Part shown: positions 1 to 1,921 of the stretch, one piece after another
Layout: each line of letters starts with the position of its first letter
Numbering within the stretch: the first letter of the stretch is position 1
Assembly (NCBI GenBank): GCA_000004985.1
Contig: GG739303.1
Length of the DNA: 1,921 bases
Source of the DNA: Naegleria gruberi
Lineage: Eukaryota
Reading direction: 5' to 3' (one strand)
The notes under the pieces: generated by a model
Seen by the model: only the letters and a program-made list of their open reading frames with translations
What the model was told of the DNA's origin: nothing
Database searches by the model: none
Position numbers and translations under genes: made by a program

Positions 1-14
1 TTTTCTTTTGATTA

Positions 15-30
15 CTTAAACTTCAAAACG
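15..30 (+). repeat. Copy 1 of an imperfect 16-nt direct repeat, CTTAAACTTCAAAACG.
   Basis: Matches 121-136 (CTTAAACTTTGAAACG) at 14 of 16 positions, 106 bp away, same orientation. Confidence 0.5.
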
Positions 31-120
31 CATTGTTCTTTAGAATTATCAAATGTTTCATTTCCTTTAAATAATTGAGTAATAGTGATTTTTTGAAAAG
101 AATGTGGCATGGTTATTAAA

Positions 121-140
121 CTTAAACTTTGAAACGAAAC
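121..140 (+). repeat. Copy 2 of the 16-nt direct repeat (121-136), extended by a tandem GAAAC GAAAC (131-140). Candidate cis-regulatory element upstream of the GTPase gene.
   Basis: Direct reading of the sequence. It lies about 350 bp upstream of the GTPase ATG. Its function is pure inference. Confidence 0.35.
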
Positions 141-480
141 CACAAAAAAATGCGCAAGGGGAATAACAACAAGATGATTGCCAATAATGAAAATAATTCT
201 TTTGTCAAACTACCCTACGAAATACATTGTCACTTATTATCATATTGGCGACATTTAAATATTATATTAAATTTTCAATCAATTTGTAAAAAAATTAATG
301 TATTCCAAGTATTGTCATGAAGAAAAGGATTTTTTCAATGAATTTTATTGGAATTTATTTGAAAATTATTTACCAATTAATTATAAATTAAGGAACGAAT
401 TTAATGTGTATAAAAATGAATTGATCAAACAAGGAAAATTAAAAAGAATTGTATTATTAACTTTATATGCTAAATATAAT

Positions 481-538
481 ATGCATAAATTACATGATAA
501 AGAATATAGTATTAAATGTTCTATAATGGGTGGAGTTG
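481..538 (+). CDS. Ras-family small GTPase, exon 1: MHKLHDKEYSIKCSIMGGV + first base of the next Gly codon. ATG at 481-483 sits 7 codons upstream of the Ras-like N-terminal 'KEY'. The exon ends in a GTATGT donor at 539-544.
   Basis: Aligns to the Ras/Rap N-terminus + P-loop 'TEYKLVVVGAGGVGKS'. The reading continues across the intron as GGVG|KTSIVFQ. There is an A at -3 of the ATG. The in-frame ORF upstream (298-480) is K/N/Y/F-rich and looks like junk. Confidence 0.7.
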
Positions 539-578
539 GTATGTTGTACCAAATTTAAATTATTAAATTACAAATTAG
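539..578 (+). other. Spliceosomal intron 1 (40 nt, phase 1), GTATGT...TAG.
   Basis: A canonical GTATGT donor follows the Gly codon. An AG lies at 577-578. Removing it joins g538+gt579-580 = GGT (Gly) and continues 'KTSIVFQ', which matches Ras 'KSALTIQ'. Inference from in-frame homology across the junction. Confidence 0.75.
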
Positions 579-704
579 GTAAAACATCAATTGTGTTTCA
601 ATTTTTTAGAAATATGTTATGCTATGATCTATCATGTGTAGATGATTATGCGAAATATATACTAGTTGATGAAAATACATTTAGAATAGAAATATTTGAT
701 ACAG
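579..704 (+). CDS. Ras-family GTPase, exon 2 (126 nt): (G)KTSIVFQFFRNMLCYDLSCVDDYAKYILVDENTFRIEIFDT + g.
   Basis: Matches Ras '[44 protein letters not shown]'. Switch I is 'YDLSCVDDY' (Ser in the Thr35 position) and the G3 motif begins with 'DT'. The exon ends at a GTTAGT donor (705-710). Reading through the donor hits TAG/TGA stops. Confidence 0.8.
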
Positions 705-760
705 GTTAGTATTTAAATAGTTTACAATTTTTTATTAATTATATTAAATATTGAAAATAG
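705..760 (+). other. Spliceosomal intron 2 (56 nt, phase 1), GTTAGT...AATAG. A second in-frame AG lies 9 nt downstream (768-769).
   Basis: Needed to join 'IFDT' to the '..AEEYSTLR' switch II segment. An in-frame TAG (709-711 in the exon frame) means read-through is not possible. Confidence 0.7.
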
Positions 761-790
761 ATGCGGCAGAGGAATATTCAACATTGAGAG
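761..790 (+). CDS. Ras-family GTPase, exon 3: a 30-nt micro-exon that encodes switch II, (D)AAEEYSTLR + g.
   Basis: With g704 the protein reads 'DT D A A E E Y S T L R', against Ras 'DT A G Q E E Y S A M R'. It is flanked by an AG at 759-760 and a GTAAGT donor at 791-796. Confidence 0.7.
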
Positions 791-832
791 GTAAGTCAAT
801 ATATTTTATTATTATATATCTAATATACATAG
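791..832 (+). other. Spliceosomal intron 3 (42 nt, phase 1), GTAAGT...CATAG, with a CTAAT branch-like motif about 11 nt upstream of the AG.
   Basis: Consensus donor GTAAGT. Removing it joins aga g|at caa = 'R D Q C', against Ras 'MRDQYMR'. The intron is a multiple of 3 long and open, which is why the six-frame track shows one ORF running through it. Confidence 0.8.
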
Positions 833-1047
833 ATCAATGTATTCGATCCAGTAAATGTTTTATACTTGTTTGTGATGTATTTGATTTCAAGTCAATTAAC
901 AGTTTAAAATTTATGATCGAACAAATATTAAATATTAAAGAATCAAATGACATTCCAATTGTATTTACATTAAATAAGATTGATTTAATTAATAATAATA
1001 ATTTGGAGGAAATGGTTGAAAAATTAAAAATGAAATTAATATTAATT
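833..1047 (+). CDS. Ras-family GTPase, exon 4: (D)QCIRSSKCFILVCDVFDFKSINSLKFMIEQILNIKESNDIPIVFTLNKIDLINNNNLEEMVEKLKMKLILI. In this frame it stops at TAA 1048-1050. The true 3' end of the exon is unresolved (see findings).
   Basis: Matches Ras '[53 protein letters not shown]'. The G4 NKxD motif is 'NKID'. A poly-Asn insertion follows. Confidence 0.7.
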
Positions 1048-1265
1048 TAATTGAATATTATCAATTAATAAATACTAAAATAGTAACATCATGTGCTATA
1101 AAAGGAGATGGTGTTGAAAATATATTTGAGGAAGGAATCAGGTTAACAAGATTTGAAAACCAAACTGATTTAAAATTGCTATTTAAAGAAATTATTCAAA
1201 AAGATGTAAAATATTTAAAATCCACAACAACAAATATTAGAGAACATAAATGTTTGACCATGTGA
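1020..1265 (+). CDS. Ras-family GTPase, terminal coding segment in frame 0: KIKNEININLIEYYQLINTKIVTSCAIKGDGVENIFEEGIRLTRFENQTDLKLLFKEIIQKDVKYLKSTTTNIREHKCLTM*. It carries the G5 motif and the CaaX box. The stop is TGA 1263-1265. The real 5' boundary of this segment is unknown and overlaps the frame-1 exon.
   Basis: 'YYQLINTKIVTSCAIKGDGVENIF' matches Ras '[21 protein letters not shown]'. The C-terminus 'CLTM' is a CaaX prenylation box immediately followed by a stop. This frame is open back to TGA 1017-1019. Confidence 0.7.
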   Translation, partial: KIKNEININLIEYYQLINTKIVTSCAIKGDGVENIFEEGIRLTRFENQTDLKLLFKEIIQKDVKYLKSTTTNIREHKCLTM

Positions 1266-1315
1266 AATATTAAATTCACTAATATTAATAATTGGTAAAC
1301 GTCAAAGAGCAATAG

Positions 1316-1334
1316 CTCTTTTATTTTCTTACAG
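1316..1334 (+). promoter_or_regulatory. Polypyrimidine tract + CAG (CTCTTTTATTTTCTTACAG), a candidate 3' splice acceptor 50 nt upstream of the kinase ATG.
   Basis: A pyrimidine-rich run ending in CAG, in otherwise A-rich sequence. Frame 2 is open from 1316 into the kinase ORF. Possible 5'UTR intron acceptor, trans-splice acceptor, or acceptor for an upstream coding exon. Confidence 0.3.
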
Positions 1335-1371
1335 TTTCATTCAAACGAAGGAAATCCATAGGATTCTCAGC

Positions 1372-1377
1372 AATAAA
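1372..1377 (+). promoter_or_regulatory. AATAAA hexamer, a candidate poly(A) signal for the GTPase gene. It ends 7 nt before the kinase ATG.
   Basis: Canonical hexamer 107 nt after the GTPase stop codon. In an AT-rich genome such hexamers arise by chance, so support is weak. Confidence 0.25.
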
Positions 1378-1384
1378 AAAAACA

Positions 1385-1921
1385 ATGAAACGAACTTTGG
1401 ATTCAGTGCTGGACATGGTTGAGTGTAATGAAGATACTCAACAACACCAGCATTCCGAATGTTTGGGAAACATAAACAAGAAGAAACTGCAAGAAGTAAC
1501 AATTCGCAACTTTCCTACTGTTGCAAATATTTACAATATCACATACAAAGTAATGGATTACAACGTGTTTTATGAATCGAGAGGTAAAACTCTTCTATCA
1601 TGCACAATTAATAATGTGGTCTGCATTGTCAAAAGAGTGAAGCAACATGAAGGAGTAAAATCAATTTTGAGTTTATATTTACCTAGTGATAATCCAGATT
1701 ATTGCTTCACACTGAAAGGAACATGTTTGGGAACAATGTTTAGGAATGGGCAAGTTGACCAAATTGACATTTTTCAATTTGTGAAAGATTTACTTGGCAC
1801 ACTTGTATTATTGGAAAGAGGAAATATTACACACAATGATATCAAACCAGATAATATTGTCCTATATGATGGACATTGGTTTCTTATAGATTATGAACTG
1901 TCAAAGTCATTCAAACTGAAA
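1385..1921 (+). CDS. Protein-kinase-like domain protein, 5'-partial (179 codons, open to the window end): MKRTLDSVLDMVECNEDTQQHQHSECLGNINKKKLQEVTIRNFPTVANIYNITYKVMDYNVFYESRGKTLLSCTINNVVCIVKRVKQHEGVKSILSLYLPSDNPDYCFTLKGTCLGTMFRNGQVDQIDIFQFVKDLLGTLVLLERGNITHNDIKPDNIVLYDGHWFLIDYELSKSFKLK...
   Basis: The ORF is open from ATG 1385 to the last base, and 1385-1921 is exactly 179 codons. The catalytic loop 'HNDIKPDNIVL' matches the ePK 'HRDLKPxNILL'. 'LIDYELS' is where DFG would be, 17 residues later, which is correct ePK spacing. The first in-frame stop upstream is TAG 1313-1315, and there is no ATG between it and 1385. Not in the supplied ORF track because it has no stop within the window. Confidence 0.8.
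   Translation, partial: MKRTLDSVLDMVECNEDTQQHQHSECLGNINKKKLQEVTIRNFPTVANIYNITYKVMDYNVFYESRGKTLLSCTINNVVCIVKRVKQHEGVKSILSLYLPSDNPDYCFTLKGTCLGTMFRNGQVDQIDIFQFVKDLLGTLVLLERGNITHNDIKPDNIVLYDGHWFLIDYELSKSFKLK

Noticed and set aside
129-320. 63-aa ORF (MKRNHKKMRKGNNNKMIANNENNS...) in the supplied track
   Set aside because: It is K/N-rich and low-complexity, as expected when AT-rich non-coding DNA is translated. I recognise no motif in it. It lies in the presumed upstream region of the GTPase gene, so I did not call it a gene.
298-480. In-frame N-terminal extension of the GTPase from ATG 298 (MYSKYCHEEKDFFNEFYWNLFENYL...)
   Set aside because: The Ras-like alignment starts only at 'KEY' after the ATG at 481. 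The upstream 61 residues are Y/F/N/K-rich with no Ras similarity. The open frame is most likely chance, so I start the gene at 481. A longer isoform is not excluded.
704-760. Reading through intron 2 with a ciliate code (TAG = Gln) to obtain 'DTGQ', a canonical G3 motif
   Set aside because: The read-through gives DTGQYLNSLQFFINYIKY then TGA. It never reaches the conserved 'EEYSxxR' that the spliced model gives. The spliced model is far better supported, so the non-canonical G3 stands.
481-1921. A single GTPase-kinase fusion gene (ROCO/LRRK-like)
   Set aside because: The GTPase ends with a CaaX box directly followed by TGA, and its frame hits TAA again at 1296-1298. The kinase has its own ATG after an in-frame TAG (1313-1315). 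These are two separate genes.
1-1921. Origin from an AT-rich large DNA virus (entomopoxvirus or giant virus), given the compact spacing and low GC
   Set aside because: Three spliceosomal introns with GTATGT/GTAAGT donors, supported by homology across them, are not expected in such viruses. I found no mimivirus-type AAAATTGA promoter motif upstream of either ATG. A cellular eukaryote is more likely.
1-1921. Minus-strand genes, tRNAs, CRISPR, transposon ends
   Set aside because: There are no long minus-strand ORFs, in the track or by eye. There are no GC-rich stem or cloverleaf candidates, and no spaced direct repeats beyond the 16-mer pair. The inverted or terminal repeats I looked at are only trivial AT-rich palindromes.

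Overview
This window is from a very AT-rich, intron-containing eukaryotic genome. It carries two tightly spaced protein-coding genes on the + strand and nothing convincing on the - strand. (1) Bases 481-1265 encode a split, highly divergent Ras-family small GTPase. Three short phase-1 introns (40, 56 and 42 nt; GTATGT, GTTAGT and GTAAGT donors, TAG acceptors) are supported by reading Ras-like sequence across them: G1 '..GGVG|KTS', switch I 'YDLSCVDDY', switch II '..AEEYSTLRDQ', G4 'NKID', G5 'TSCAIK', C-terminal CaaX 'CLTM' + TGA. The catalytic motifs are non-canonical: the P-loop has I-M in place of G10-A11, and the G3 motif reads DT-DAA-EEY instead of DTAGQEEY, so Gly60 and Gln61 are lost. 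The reading frame also breaks unexplained between the G4 exon and the G5/CaaX exon. (2) Bases 1385-1921 are the open 5' part (179 codons, running off the window) of a protein-kinase-like gene. It has an ePK-type catalytic loop 'HNDIKPDN' (HND, not HRD) and 'IDYELS' in place of DFG. It has no recognisable GxGxxG loop and its N-lobe is compressed, so it looks atypical or pseudokinase-like. By my eye counts the kinase region is about 37% GC with many G/C-ending codons. The GTPase gene and the region upstream of it are about 20-24% GC, and the change is sharp, just after the GTPase stop. Bases 1-480 are AT-rich upstream sequence with an imperfect 16-nt direct repeat (15-30 and 121-136) that includes a tandem GAAAC GAAAC. 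I see no RNA genes, CRISPR or mobile elements.
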